A stretch of DNA of 64,000 bases from an uncultured cyanobacterium (GTDB lineage Bacteria > Cyanobacteriota > Cyanobacteriia > Cyanobacteriales > Cyanobacteriaceae): positions 128,001 through 192,000 of the forward strand of contig CAVQBA010000005.1 in assembly GCA_963710605.1 (NCBI GenBank), read 5' to 3'. The notes beneath the pieces were generated by a model. The model made no database searches and was not told where the DNA came from. It saw only the letters and a list, made by a program, of their open reading frames with translations. Shown here in pieces: positions 10,394 through 21,348 of the stretch. Made by a program: the position numbers and the translations under genes. Within the stretch, counting starts at the first letter, position 1, and each line of letters opens with the position of its first letter.

Positions 10394-11311
10394 TTAACTA
10401 TCTATCGCCACAACTATTTCGTTTTCTTCGATCAAAGTTTGAGTAAGTAAAGGAAAATCAAGACTTTCTCTTTGAGCGAGATATTGATGGGCAACTTCAC
10501 GAGCTAAGTTACGAATTCTACCAATATAACGTGTTCTTTCAGTTACAGCAATAACTCCTCTAGCATCAAGTAAATTAAAACAATGAGAGCATTTTAAAAC
10601 GTAATCAAGGCTAGGTAAAACTAAGTTTTTTTCGGTTAGTTGTTTAGCTTCCTCTTCGTATAGGTTAAATAACTTAAATAATAAATCGGGATTAGAAGCT
10701 TCAAAATTATAAGTACATTGTTCGATTTCTCCTTGCAAGAAAATATCGCCATATTTAATTTTGTCATTCCATTGAATATCATAAATTCAATCGACATCTT
10801 GTAAATACATCGCTAATCTTTCCAAACCATAGGTAATTTCGATCGAAACAGGTTGACAATCAATACCACCACATTGTTGAAAATAGGTAAACTGAGTAAT
10901 TTCCATTCCATCTAACCAAACTTCCCAACCAACACCCCAAGCACCAAGAGTAGGAGATTCCCAGTTGTCTTCTACAAAGCGAATATCATGATCTTCTGGG
11001 TGAATTCCTAAGGCTTTTAAAGATTCTAAATATAATTCTTGAATATTATCAGGAGAAGGTTTAATTAATACTTGATATTGATAATAATGTTGAACTCGAT
11101 TGGGATTTTCACCATATCGTCCGTCTGTTGGACGACGGCAAGGCTCTATATAAGCTACAGCCCAAGGCTCAGGTTCGATCGCTCTTAAAAAAGTATTATG
11201 ACTCATCGTACCCGCACCTTTTTCCGTATCGTAAGGTTGGGCAATCAAACAAGATTGATCACTCCAAAATTGATTTAAAGTCGTAATAATATTTTGAAAA
11301 TTAATAGTCAT
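10394..11311 (-). CDS. glyQ: glycyl-tRNA synthetase alpha subunit (in-frame TGA at 10787-10789)
   Basis: [70 protein letters not shown]; both ORF-track pieces are in one frame. Confidence 0.96.
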
Positions 11312-11478
11312 GAAATCAGATATTTAATTATAAAGTAACTGTAAAGTTGATCTCAAAATAGAGAATTTTAACTAGAATAAGAATAGTTACGCAAACAAGC
11401 AAATTAAAAAATAATATAGAAGTCATTTTTTATATTATGATTAATTAAACTTTTGCTCTCATTACTTCTAATTTATCA

Positions 11479-12669
11479 TTGATGGATACGTCCTACCAAG
11501 AAAACTATAACGTACCGATTAAAGGGTTTGTGGGAGAGAAGCAAACTTATATTTTCAATGTGTTTAAACAACACAAATTTAGTGGTGAAGTAAAATTTGT
11601 CTATCATGATCATGCTCAATGGCGTTTTTATCTGTCCATGGGGCGTTTAGTTTGTGCCACAGGAGGAGAGCATTCTGTTAGACGTTGGCGACGAAATTTG
11701 GTAATTTATCTACCAGAAATTGCTCAAGATACTGCTTATTTACAGGCACAAATCAAATCGATTAATGCTGATAACGTTAGATTTTGTTGGGAGTATGAAT
11801 TATTACGCCGTTGGGTAATAGAAGGTAGAGTCAATCGAGATGCGGCTGTCAAAATGATTGCCAATATTATGAGTGAGATACTTTTTGATCTTAGTCAATC
11901 TTCAGAAATTACTTTTCATATGGACAAAAATATAGTTGTACCAATTGATGAGCAAATTTGTTTATTTGACTCTCAAGATATAATTGCTTCTGCTTGGCAA
12001 AACTGGCGACAATGGCTTAGAGTAGGTATGAGCGATCGTTCTCCTAATAAAGCAGTTGTCATTCGTTTAGCAGAACAATTACAACAAAAAACTACACCCA
12101 AAACCTATAAAATTTTCACCAAATTATTTAATGGTAGATCGACACTTAGAGATTTAGCTATCAAACTTAAAAAAGATGTTTATCGCTTAAGTGCTTCACT
12201 GTTACCATATATTCAAGAAGGATATATCGATTTAGTATCCATACCTGATTTACCATCACCGATAATACCTCCTACTCCCGAAACATTATCTTCTAAAGAA
12301 TTTCTTCCTTTGATTGTTTGTATTGACGATAGCCCGATGATTTGTGAAACAATGGGTGTTTTACTAGTCAAAGCAGGTTACAAGTTTGTCGGTATCACCG
12401 AACCATTGAAAGCAATTTCTCAGATTCTTACTCTCAAACCTGATGCTATTTTTCTAGATTTAATGATGCCTAATACTAATGGTTACGAAATCTGTTCTAA
12501 TTTGAGAAAATCATCGGCTTTGAAAAATACCCCTATTATTATTCTTACTTCAAATGATGGCATGATTGAAAGATTAAGAAGTAAAATTACTGGCGCTTCG
12601 GATTTTATGGCAAAACCAATCAATGCTCAAAAAGTCGTGGCGATGATTAATAAACATTTACACAATTGA
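11479..12669 (+). CDS. PatA-family response regulator (PATAN + REC)
   Basis: ATGGEHSVRRW; REC domain CIDDS..FLDLMMP..GYEIC..KP intact. Confidence 0.9.
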   Translation: MMDTSYQENYNVPIKGFVGEKQTYIFNVFKQHKFSGEVKFVYHDHAQWRFYLSMGRLVCATGGEHSVRRWRRNLVIYLPEIAQDTAYLQAQIKSINADNVRFCWEYELLRRWVIEGRVNRDAAVKMIANIMSEILFDLSQSSEITFHMDKNIVVPIDEQICLFDSQDIIASAWQNWRQWLRVGMSDRSPNKAVVIRLAEQLQQKTTPKTYKIFTKLFNGRSTLRDLAIKLKKDVYRLSASLLPYIQEGYIDLVSIPDLPSPIIPPTPETLSSKEFLPLIVCIDDSPMICETMGVLLVKAGYKFVGITEPLKAISQILTLKPDAIFLDLMMPNTNGYEICSNLRKSSALKNTPIIILTSNDGMIERLRSKITGASDFMAKPINAQKVVAMINKHLHN

Positions 12670-12754
12670 CAATTATGACTTTCATCAATCCGAATTAAGG
12701 TTATAATCCAGAAAATACTAACATCTAATGCTTAACGCCTAACACCTTATTTAC

Positions 12755-13363
12755 TTGGGAAATAAATTGTTTAACTCTTCTTTCTGTATTTTTTTTGTTT
12801 TTGTTTCTGGATTTATGTTGACTTTGTCAGGATGTGATCATTTTCTTCTCCAAAAAGATAACACGACTATACCAATAATATCTGCGGAGGAAAAAACTAA
12901 AATTACCACAGAAGTTGAGCAACAAAAAAAGAATTTAAGTCTGTGTAATCAAGAACAAGATCAAGCCTTATCAGGTGATGCAGTTAATGTTTATTATCTC
13001 AGTGAAACTAAATATTTGGTAGAAATTCTTTGTTTTTTAGGTGCTTATCAAGGAAATTATCAATATTTATTATTAAGTAAACCCGAAAATAATTGGCGTA
13101 AAATAAATTTTTCCACATTTGATTTTCAAGCACAAAATTTTAAATTAGCTAATACCGATACATTAGTTGGTTCGATCGATTTTGAACCCGTAACTCAAGT
13201 TTTGACAGTAGAAACTAAATCTAGAGGTTTGGGTGATTGTGGTAGCTATGCTCAATATCAATGGGTTGACAACTCTCAGTTTGAATTAAAAGAATATCGT
13301 TATAAAGCTGAATGTGATGGTGTCTATCTTCAACCAGAAAACTATCCTTTGATTTATCCGTAA
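12755..13363 (+). CDS. DUF1176-like lipoprotein
   Basis: Lipobox LSGC; CFLGAYQ, KSRGLGDCG, KAECDG. Confidence 0.75.
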   Translation: MGNKLFNSSFCIFFVFVSGFMLTLSGCDHFLLQKDNTTIPIISAEEKTKITTEVEQQKKNLSLCNQEQDQALSGDAVNVYYLSETKYLVEILCFLGAYQGNYQYLLLSKPENNWRKINFSTFDFQAQNFKLANTDTLVGSIDFEPVTQVLTVETKSRGLGDCGSYAQYQWVDNSQFELKEYRYKAECDGVYLQPENYPLIYP

Positions 13364-13406
13364 ATAATTAATAATGGCTTTTTTGCATTCGTAATAATTT
13401 GCTTGA

Positions 13407-13689
13407 TATAGCAACAAATAAATTAGTTAAGACATTTTGATTAAGTTTCCCCCTTTCACTAAGGCAGGGCTGATTCATTCTTAAATTTTGTAATTTCTAC
13501 AACTAAGAAATAACAGTAAATGTAGCTGTTTTTTTCTAATAGTAAAAACACAATGTAACCAAATCGTTCAATCGTATAGTAATAATAGCTTCTAGCTATT
13601 TTCTTCTTCCGAGAATGAAACAGCCCTGCTTTCACTAAGCGGGATTAAGCGGGATCGTAACGTTCTAAATACAAAAGTTTAATGCGATA
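13407..13689. repeat. TATAGC-type dispersed palindromic repeat, interrupted by the MITE
   Basis: First 28 nt match 44272-44299 at 24/28; central CCCCCTTT...AAG(C)GGGA hairpin split by the MITE. Confidence 0.65.
13464..13629. mobile_element. 166-bp MITE with 18-bp TIRs and 10-bp target-site duplication
   Basis: GCAGGGCTGATTCATTCT...AGAATGAAACAGCCCTGC (1 mismatch); TTTCACTAAG at 13454-13463 and 13630-13639. Confidence 0.9.
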
Positions 13690-13815
13690 GGTAATTGTTG
13701 ATTGGACACCTAAAACAAATCAAATTTAGGTTGCTCAAAAACACTTTATCTATAAGTTTTATACAAAATTACTACACATATACAGACTAACGATCAAAAT
13801 AAACTAAAAATATTT

Positions 13816-13833
13816 GTTACAAATCTTAACAAA
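13816..13833 (+). promoter_or_regulatory. candidate HLR1 (RpaB) box upstream of the GH13 gene
   Basis: GTTACAAA-TC-TTAACAAA versus (G/T)TTACA(T/A)(T/A)-N2 direct repeat, 1 mismatch. Confidence 0.4.
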
Positions 13834-14074
13834 AATTTTAATAATAGTGGTATTACCTAGGACAGATTATTTTATATATTCATAAAGGAGGATGAAGATT
13901 ACAAAGGTTTTTTGTAACCTAGAAGTTACATTATATTAACTATAAACTGAACGAATTTACTAGAGCAAATTACCCGTAATGCTTAGTGTTTAGCGATCGT
14001 AACATTATGGGTAAAAAATAAATAAATTCTGACTAATTATAAAAAACATTAACCTTGGCAGACAAAATAATTAT

Positions 14075-15727
14075 ATGACTAATCCGATCGAATTTCAACT
14101 AACAGCACCTTACAATAAAGAAGCGGCATTAATTGGCTGTTTTTCTGATTGGGAAAAAATACCCATGAAAAAAGGCGAGGATGGTATTTTTAGAACAACA
14201 GTAGATTTAGAAGATGGTATTTATCAATATAAATTTAGTGTTCGTTCCAAAAGTTGGTTTTTTGAACCAGATGAATGGGTAGAAGTAGTAGATCCGTACG
14301 CAACAAATATTGATGACCCAACTCAAAACGGTGTTATTAGAATTAAAGATGGTGAAAAGATAGTTGATACTTATGTTTGGAAGAATGACGATAAACCCTT
14401 ACCAGCAGATCATGAATTAGTCATTTACGAAATGCACATTAAAGATTTTTCTGGTGGAGAAGATGATGATAAAGAAAGAGGAAAATATATACACGCTACT
14501 GAAAAATTAGATTATCTTTCTGAATTAGGAGTTAATGCCGTTGAATTAATGCCGATTAAAGAATATCCAGGTGATTATAGTTGGGGATACAATCCACGTT
14601 ACTTTCTTGCCACAGAATCAAGTTATGGCCCGACTGAAGACGTTAAAGAATTTATCGATGAGTGTCATGGTAGAGGTATCAGAGTCTTAATGGATGGGAT
14701 TTATAATCACTCTGAGGCTTCTAGCCCATTGACTCAAATAGACCACGATTACTGGTATCACCACGATCCCCAAGATGCTGAACATAACTGGGGTCCAGAA
14801 TTTAATTACGAAAAATACGACGAAAATTACGGTACTTTTCCTGCCCGAAAATTTTCCATTGATTGTATTTGTTTTTGGGTTCGTGAATATCACATTGATG
14901 GTATTCGTTATGATGCGGCTAGACAAATTAATAATTTTGACTTCTTGTACTCTGCGGTTGAAGAAGCTAAGAAAACAGCAGGAGAAAAACCTTTTTATAA
15001 TACTGCCGAATATATACCCGAAAGTCCTAGTGTAACTAACTTCGATGGTCCGATGGATGGTATCTGGCACGAAAGTTTTTACCAAGTACTTTTAGATACT
15101 GTTTGTGGCGATCGTTTTGACATGGAAGAATTAAAAAATATTATTGATTGTAAACGTCAAGGATTTTTAGGTAGCACTAATGTAGTCAATTATAATGGTA
15201 ATCATGATCATGAGCGTTTGATGGTATCTTTAGCTAATCATGATATTTTTGATGAGCATGCTTTTAAAAGAGCTAAACTAAGTGCGGCTATTACAATGAC
15301 TGCTGTGGGTATTCCGATGATTTGGATGGGCGAAGAATTTGGCAGTTATCAACCATTAGATCCAGAACCATCTAAAATTGATTGGAAACTACTTAAAAAT
15401 GATGAAAATCGTAATTTAAAAGAACATTATCGAGGATTAATTAATTTACGCAAAAATAATCATGCTCTTTATACAGCCAATATTGATTTTTTCCACGAAG
15501 ATTCAGAATCTCAAGTTGTAGCTTATACTCGTTGGAATGATGAAGGTTCAAGAGTTGTGGTAGTAGCAAATTTCTCAGGTAACTACTTAGCTGGTTATTC
15601 TGTGCCTAATTTTCCGGCTAATGGTACATGGCATGAATGGACTGGTAACTATGATATTGAATCAGGAGACGATAAGATATTAATCGATTTACCCGAATAT
15701 GAAGCTAAAGTTTTAGTTTTTAGTTAA
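14075..15727 (+). CDS. GH13 alpha-amylase family enzyme with N-terminal CBM48 (branching enzyme/MTHase-like)
   Basis: VIYEMH, WGYNP, DGIYNH, DGIRYDA, AEYIP, GNHDH. Confidence 0.9.
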   Translation: MTNPIEFQLTAPYNKEAALIGCFSDWEKIPMKKGEDGIFRTTVDLEDGIYQYKFSVRSKSWFFEPDEWVEVVDPYATNIDDPTQNGVIRIKDGEKIVDTYVWKNDDKPLPADHELVIYEMHIKDFSGGEDDDKERGKYIHATEKLDYLSELGVNAVELMPIKEYPGDYSWGYNPRYFLATESSYGPTEDVKEFIDECHGRGIRVLMDGIYNHSEASSPLTQIDHDYWYHHDPQDAEHNWGPEFNYEKYDENYGTFPARKFSIDCICFWVREYHIDGIRYDAARQINNFDFLYSAVEEAKKTAGEKPFYNTAEYIPESPSVTNFDGPMDGIWHESFYQVLLDTVCGDRFDMEELKNIIDCKRQGFLGSTNVVNYNGNHDHERLMVSLANHDIFDEHAFKRAKLSAAITMTAVGIPMIWMGEEFGSYQPLDPEPSKIDWKLLKNDENRNLKEHYRGLINLRKNNHALYTANIDFFHEDSESQVVAYTRWNDEGSRVVVVANFSGNYLAGYSVPNFPANGTWHEWTGNYDIESGDDKILIDLPEYEAKVLVFS

Positions 15728-15736
15728 TAGCTAAGT

Positions 15737-15903
15737 TATACCAAATTCAAAAAAGAAAAAGACAATCAATGAGGACTAAATCCCCCTACGTCTGAAGCCT
15801 ATGAGCCTATCCCCTATCCCTCTTTAGTAAGGGGGTAGGAGACAAGAGACTGGAGACTTGCCATAGTCGGATGAAAATCTTACTCATCTAAAAACGGGGT
15901 ACA
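15737..15903. repeat. dispersed cyanobacterial repeat with CCCCCT/AGGGGG hairpin between convergent genes
   Basis: TCCCCCTAC...GTAAGGGGGTAGGA; starts with TATACC. Confidence 0.5.
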
Positions 15904-15916
15904 AACTTCATCTTTT

Positions 15917-17542
15917 TTAATCTTGATTATTTTCTTTGTTTTTTCCCTTCATAATTCGTCCGATAATTCCGGCAAAAATAGTACCCATAATAGTTAGTGG
16001 TTCAGGTACGGGTTGACTATTATTGGGAGAAAATGCGATCGTAATTTGCTGATAATTAGATGTTTGTAAAATTGAATCTAAATCATCATTGCCTGTAATT
16101 GAAATTAAATTAGTTTCACATTCTGTAATATTACCTTCATAATAATAAGGCTGAATACTTCCTAATTTTAAACCTCCTCCACTCGTACAAATATCTTCTG
16201 AAGAGGCATAATAAAGTTCTATGTCTTCATCAACAGCAAAACTAGATGTTATGTAACCTACAAGAGCGTGTTCGTAAGAATGGAAGCCACTTTTAAACTT
16301 CCATTGCTTTCTACCGCTAGTTGTCGAACCATCTGCACTAACTGTTTGATAAATTCCTTTATTTATTGTTGTTTCGTCCACCATATTGTCGAAAAACCAA
16401 TTAGCTGTATTTTCTAAATAATTATCACAAAAAGAGGCTTCATCTAAACACATCGTACCTGCCATTTGATCTAACTCCTGATAAATCCACCAAATTTTAT
16501 TCAAATCTTGAGTAAAATTACCATCAGAATCTAAATAAGGATCGTTTGCCCAACTCCCAGAAGGTTCATGATATGCTTCAGCTAGAAGTTTAGTCGCATT
16601 ACTTTCAGCAAAATCAACTAAATTAGAATCTTGCAAAACTTCCCCTGCTTGTTGGAGCATCCATAATGATTTAATGGAATGTCCGTAGTCTGTATTTCCT
16701 TCTAAAAGTCGATCGTCATCTACATTTCCCTGTCTGAGCCAGAATACATTATGTTCGGGGCTATAAAAATTATCGACAAGAGATTGACTTAAGTTTTCTA
16801 AATCTGTTTCAAAAATTGATTTATAATTGTTTGGTACGATCGGAGCTAAAAGTAATAAATAGGTATTTAACTGATCTAATGTTGCTGTTAGCTGTAATCG
16901 AGAATCAATAGTATCTGTCGGACGAAACTTCATTATATTTCGAGAACTATCGTAGTAAGTTTCAAACAAATCATCTTTAAGATCAATAATATTATTTAAA
17001 ACTGTTTCATCCCTAGTTAAATAATAATAAAACGCTAAACCTTGTAAACCATACGCTTGTTCTTGACTAGTACGACGGTTGAAGTCAGAATCTGGTGTAT
17101 TACCAGGTTGTGATAAGTATTTATAAGTTCCTCCCAAAGTTCGATCGATACCATTATCCTGTATCCAATCAACTCCTGCTTTCGCCAAACCCAAAAATTG
17201 CGACTCACCTGTTAAATGATAAGCTACACCATAAGAAAATGTTTGACGTGCTTGAGCAACAAACTCATTACGAGGGTTGATAGTAGGATCAAATAAACCT
17301 GTATTTCGTCTTCTCGTGGGGAAATTACCAATCGGTTCACCCCAAGCGTCTTCTAGTTCAAAAAAAGGATTTAAGTCTTCTTCAACATGAGTTAACCATC
17401 TTTCACCAGTTATTGTTCTCGAATTGGATGCGATCGCCATTTTACTTCCATCGAGAGTAGGAAGTATTAAACCTAAAAATAAGAAAAAAAATCGAACGCC
17501 AAACCTCTTACTAAATAGAGTAGCAAGTAAATTATTCATCAC
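15917..17542 (-). CDS. PEP-CTERM-anchored AGE (N-acylglucosamine/cellobiose 2-epimerase) family protein
   Basis: N-terminal signal; QARQTFSYGVAYHLTG, DYGHSIKSLW, WWIYQE, FKSGFHSYEH; C-terminal VPEP + TM + basic tail. Confidence 0.75.
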   Translation of the reverse strand: MMNNLLATLFSKRFGVRFFFLFLGLILPTLDGSKMAIASNSRTITGERWLTHVEEDLNPFFELEDAWGEPIGNFPTRRRNTGLFDPTINPRNEFVAQARQTFSYGVAYHLTGESQFLGLAKAGVDWIQDNGIDRTLGGTYKYLSQPGNTPDSDFNRRTSQEQAYGLQGLAFYYYLTRDETVLNNIIDLKDDLFETYYDSSRNIMKFRPTDTIDSRLQLTATLDQLNTYLLLLAPIVPNNYKSIFETDLENLSQSLVDNFYSPEHNVFWLRQGNVDDDRLLEGNTDYGHSIKSLWMLQQAGEVLQDSNLVDFAESNATKLLAEAYHEPSGSWANDPYLDSDGNFTQDLNKIWWIYQELDQMAGTMCLDEASFCDNYLENTANWFFDNMVDETTINKGIYQTVSADGSTTSGRKQWKFKSGFHSYEHALVGYITSSFAVDEDIELYYASSEDICTSGGGLKLGSIQPYYYEGNITECETNLISITGNDDLDSILQTSNYQQITIAFSPNNSQPVPEPLTIMGTIFAGIIGRIMKGKNKENNQD

Positions 17543-17671
17543 AAAATATATTTAAAGAGTTAATAATTTTTAGTCAACGTAACACTAATGTCATTGAGGT
17601 TATTATAAATTATCGATTAAGATCAAACATTGCGTTTTGTTACAAAACTCTCTATTTAGCCTGATTTTTAT

Positions 17672-19039
17672 TTAGGTTAGTTTAACTTTAGTAGCACGGT
17701 TAGCACCTGCATTTTCTGCCTCTCTAACTTTCTTACCACGCCAAATCAAGCGAATTGGTGTACCTTTAAATCCTAATTGTTGACGGAATTGTCCTTCCAT
17801 ATAACGACGATAGTTATTATCAAGTCTTTTAGGATCATTTACAAACAAAGTAATAGTAGGTGGTTTAGCGGCAACTTGAGTACCATAATAAACTTTACCT
17901 TGTTTACCTTGTCGGCTAGTAGGAGGAGAGTGCCAACTGACTGCTTCTTCGATCACTTCATTAATAACTGATGTACTAACTCGTTTGCTATGTCCTTCAG
18001 CGGCGTTATCAACTAAATCGAGAATATTTTCGACTCTTTTACCTGTCATAGCGGAGATAAAAATTCTCTCTGCCCAATCCATAAAGTATAATCGATCGTC
18101 GAGCATTTTTTGATATTCATAAATGGTATGAGAATCTTTTTCCACCGCATCCCATTTATTAGCGATAATTATACAAGCCCTACCTTCATCAATAATTCTA
18201 CCTGCTAGTTTCAAATCCTGTTCGGTGACACCATCTAAAATATCAATCACAAATAAAACGATATCAGCTCTTTTAATTGCTTTAAAGGCACGATTAATAC
18301 TAAAAAATTCAGCACCATAATCGACATTCTTTTTCCGTCTGATTCCTGCGGTATCGATTAGACGGTAAGTTTTATCATTACGCTCAACTAACATATCAAT
18401 CGTATCACGGGTTGTTCCTGAAATAGGAGAAACGATCGCTCTTTGTTCACCTGTTAGAGCATTCAAAAGGCTAGATTTCCCTACATTGGGGCGACCAATA
18501 ATAGCAACTTTAATTTCTTCAGTATCTTCTAACTCATCCATCGATGGGATGTATTCAACTAATTTATCTAAAAATTCTCCAGTACCATTACCATGAATTG
18601 CTGATAAACCATAAGGCTCACCTAAACCTAAATTCCAAAATTCGGCTGTTTGAATTAAACCTTCTTTTTCTGATTCGCACTTATTAACAGCCAAAACAAC
18701 AGGTACATCTTGTACTCTTAACCAACTAGCTATCTCTTCATCAGCTACAGTCAAACCCATTTTACCGTCAACAACCATAATAGCGGTAACAGCTTCAGAC
18801 AAAGCGGCTTGAGCTTGTTCACGAATATAAGGTAAAAATTCAGTTTCATCATCAAAAACTAAACCACCTGTATCAACTATTTGAAATTCTCGATCTTGCC
18901 AAAATGCTTGTTTATAAGTACGATCTCGGGTAATGCCGGGTTCATCAAAAACGATCGCATCTTGTTCGCCAGATAAACGATTAACTAAAGCCGACTTACC
19001 AACATTCGGACGACCTATAACAGCAACGATGGGGAGCAT
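17672..19039 (-). CDS. der: ribosome biogenesis GTPase Der (EngA)
   Basis: Two GRPNVGKS G-domains plus KH-like C-terminus. Confidence 0.98.
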   Translation of the reverse strand: MLPIVAVIGRPNVGKSALVNRLSGEQDAIVFDEPGITRDRTYKQAFWQDREFQIVDTGGLVFDDETEFLPYIREQAQAALSEAVTAIMVVDGKMGLTVADEEIASWLRVQDVPVVLAVNKCESEKEGLIQTAEFWNLGLGEPYGLSAIHGNGTGEFLDKLVEYIPSMDELEDTEEIKVAIIGRPNVGKSSLLNALTGEQRAIVSPISGTTRDTIDMLVERNDKTYRLIDTAGIRRKKNVDYGAEFFSINRAFKAIKRADIVLFVIDILDGVTEQDLKLAGRIIDEGRACIIIANKWDAVEKDSHTIYEYQKMLDDRLYFMDWAERIFISAMTGKRVENILDLVDNAAEGHSKRVSTSVINEVIEEAVSWHSPPTSRQGKQGKVYYGTQVAAKPPTITLFVNDPKRLDNNYRRYMEGQFRQQLGFKGTPIRLIWRGKKVREAENAGANRATKVKLT

Positions 19040-19367
19040 GATAAATTCTATACGAGTTCAATTCAGAACATAAATTAATATTCCATCATAACTCATTTAT
19101 TTTTAAAATTACCAAAACAAGCTTAATTAAGTTAATAATTATTAAGATAAATGCAACTATTATTTTTACGATTACGTCAAAAAAAAGAATATTGTCAACT
19201 GTTAACTGTCAATTGTCAATTTATACTGAGCAGTTCTAAAGGCTCACTGTATCACCTTAGTCGAAGTATTGTTAAAGCGTCAACCATCAATTTTACTAAT
19301 CACGTATTATTATGGTTAATAATTCATCAGTTAGATTAAAAAACTGTAAAAGGAGAATATAGAGAAA

Positions 19368-21056
19368 ATGTTATCTCAAATTTATCCCCGTATGATTGAT
19401 AAAGTCGGTAATTGGAATCCTCAATTATTTCGAGAAGTTAAAGGTAGATTAAATAACAAAAATGTGGCAATCGTTGCTTTTGCTTCTATAATCGGACAAG
19501 GATTATTATATCTATACTTTAATAGTCTATTACCGACAGTAGAAACTCGCTACGATCGTCGTTATTGTGCCAGTGTTGATTTTGAAAAATACTCACAAAC
19601 TTATGGTAAATGTACTCAAGACTTACTTGGTAACGTTCAATTAATCAAAGAATTATGGTGGTTAGACTTGTTTACCACTATGAGTATTATCGGTATTTTT
19701 GTTTTGTTAGTCGTCGGTAGTTATATGTTGATGGCTGACATCACCAAAGAAAAAAGTAGAGAGACACTTAACTTTTTACGTCTAACACCACAATCAGCAA
19801 TGACTATTTTAAGTGGTAAAATGTTGGGAGTACCAGTCTTAGTCTATTTATTCGGTATTCTTGCTATTCCGTTACATCTAATTGCCGGATTAAATGCTAA
19901 TATTTCTTTTCCTTTGATACTTGCTTTTTATGGTGTTTTAGTTGCTAGTTGCGTCTTTTTTTATACAGCTAGTTTACTATTTAGTTTAGTATTTACAGGC
20001 TTAGGTAGTTTTCAGGCTTGGTTAGGTAGTTTGATTGTCTTCTTCTTTGTAATGACAATGATGGGTGTCTGTTTAGAAGGAAATCAGTGGACAGAAACTA
20101 GTTTTGATTGGGTAATATTGTTTTATCCGGGTAATTTTTTAGCTTATTTAGTTAAATCAACTTTCCTCTCGCCAAAGACGATAAATTATTTATCTATGGA
20201 CGGTTTAGATTCTGTCAGTTGGTATGGTAATTATTTATGGCATAGCCCTATCGGCGGTTTTATGTTTGCGATAGCTAACTACTCTATCGCTACTTTTTGT
20301 TTAGTGCAGGGTATCAAACGTCGTTTTCATAGCCCTAAAGATGTAGTTATTACTAAAGTGCATAGTTATATCGTTACGACTATTTATGTTGTCGTATCTT
20401 TCGGATTCACTCTACAAAGTTTATATCACCGAAGCTACAATGATGAAAGTTTGGTAGTTTTATTTATCCTGAATTTTATTTTTGCTGTTTTGTTAGTCGG
20501 TGCTTTAACTCCTCAACGACAAACTTTACATGATTGGGCTCGTTTTCGTCATGAGAATAAGCAACGTATGTCAGGGATGAAAGATTTATTAGTAGGAGAT
20601 AAAAGCCCTGCTATAACTGCGATCGTTGTTAATATGATGATTATGACTTTATATGTACTCCCAGCATTATGGTTGTTACCTGATTTTGAGCAGAAAATAG
20701 GTTTATCATTAGTCTTATTATTAAGTGCCAGTATTATTGTTATCTATGCCACGATTTATCAATTGACTTTGATGTTAAAAACCAAAAAAAGAAACTATGT
20801 GGCAACGGCAACTATTACCGGGTTAGTTTTTAGTCCAGCATTAGTAATGGTATTTTTAGGTGGTAACCACACTTTCTTACCTAATTTAGCTTTATTCTCA
20901 GCCTTACCTTTCGTTGGATTGCATGATTTATCTAATGCTACTTTTATGGGTACATTAATCACTCAATTTACAATGATAGTAATGGCTAATTATCAACTCA
21001 AAAGAGTATTGAAAAAAGCAGGTATTTCTGAAACTAAAGCATTGTTAAATAGTTAA
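19368..21056 (+). CDS. multi-pass ABC-2-permease-like membrane protein
   Basis: WNPQLFRE, ETLNFLRLTPQS..GKMLGVP; more than 10 TM segments. Confidence 0.7.
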   Translation: MLSQIYPRMIDKVGNWNPQLFREVKGRLNNKNVAIVAFASIIGQGLLYLYFNSLLPTVETRYDRRYCASVDFEKYSQTYGKCTQDLLGNVQLIKELWWLDLFTTMSIIGIFVLLVVGSYMLMADITKEKSRETLNFLRLTPQSAMTILSGKMLGVPVLVYLFGILAIPLHLIAGLNANISFPLILAFYGVLVASCVFFYTASLLFSLVFTGLGSFQAWLGSLIVFFFVMTMMGVCLEGNQWTETSFDWVILFYPGNFLAYLVKSTFLSPKTINYLSMDGLDSVSWYGNYLWHSPIGGFMFAIANYSIATFCLVQGIKRRFHSPKDVVITKVHSYIVTTIYVVVSFGFTLQSLYHRSYNDESLVVLFILNFIFAVLLVGALTPQRQTLHDWARFRHENKQRMSGMKDLLVGDKSPAITAIVVNMMIMTLYVLPALWLLPDFEQKIGLSLVLLLSASIIVIYATIYQLTLMLKTKKRNYVATATITGLVFSPALVMVFLGGNHTFLPNLALFSALPFVGLHDLSNATFMGTLITQFTMIVMANYQLKRVLKKAGISETKALLNS

Positions 21057-21065
21057 TAGTTTAAT

Positions 21066-21093
21066 GTAGAGACAAGGCGTGCCTTGTCTGCTA
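21066..21093. repeat. GTAG-type REP-like palindrome, possibly also the terminator
   Basis: GTAGAGACAAGGC-GT-GCCTTGTCTGCTA followed by a T run, 10 nt after a stop codon. Confidence 0.7.
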
Positions 21094-21348
21094 TTTTTTT
21101 ATGTGTCGTGAATAGCTTCTATCTTTGAAGGCGAAACTATTCATGATAACAAGAAATACTTTCTTTCTTTTTTCGGTTTAAATAGTTTTTGGTCAACTAA
21201 TTTCAGATTGGGAAAGTGGTTATACTCTTTATTAAATAGCAGTTATACCATTGATATTATATAAACATTAATACGTAGTGCTATAAAAGACTAAGGGGAT
21301 ACAGAAGACGAGTGAGGGGTTAATGTGTGTAATCATAAACTCATTCTG

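Noticed and set aside
10394-11311. Stop-codon reassignment or selenocysteine explaining the in-frame TGA in glyQ and the sugar transferase
   Set aside because: hisC has TAA in the same GAT context, several lesions are indels, TGA ends normal genes (e.g. 39604, 46075), and Trp is encoded by TGG
6639-11311. Genome erosion or endosymbiont-type pseudogenisation
   Set aside because: Single lesions in essential genes at one motif, with otherwise conserved sequence and normal gene density
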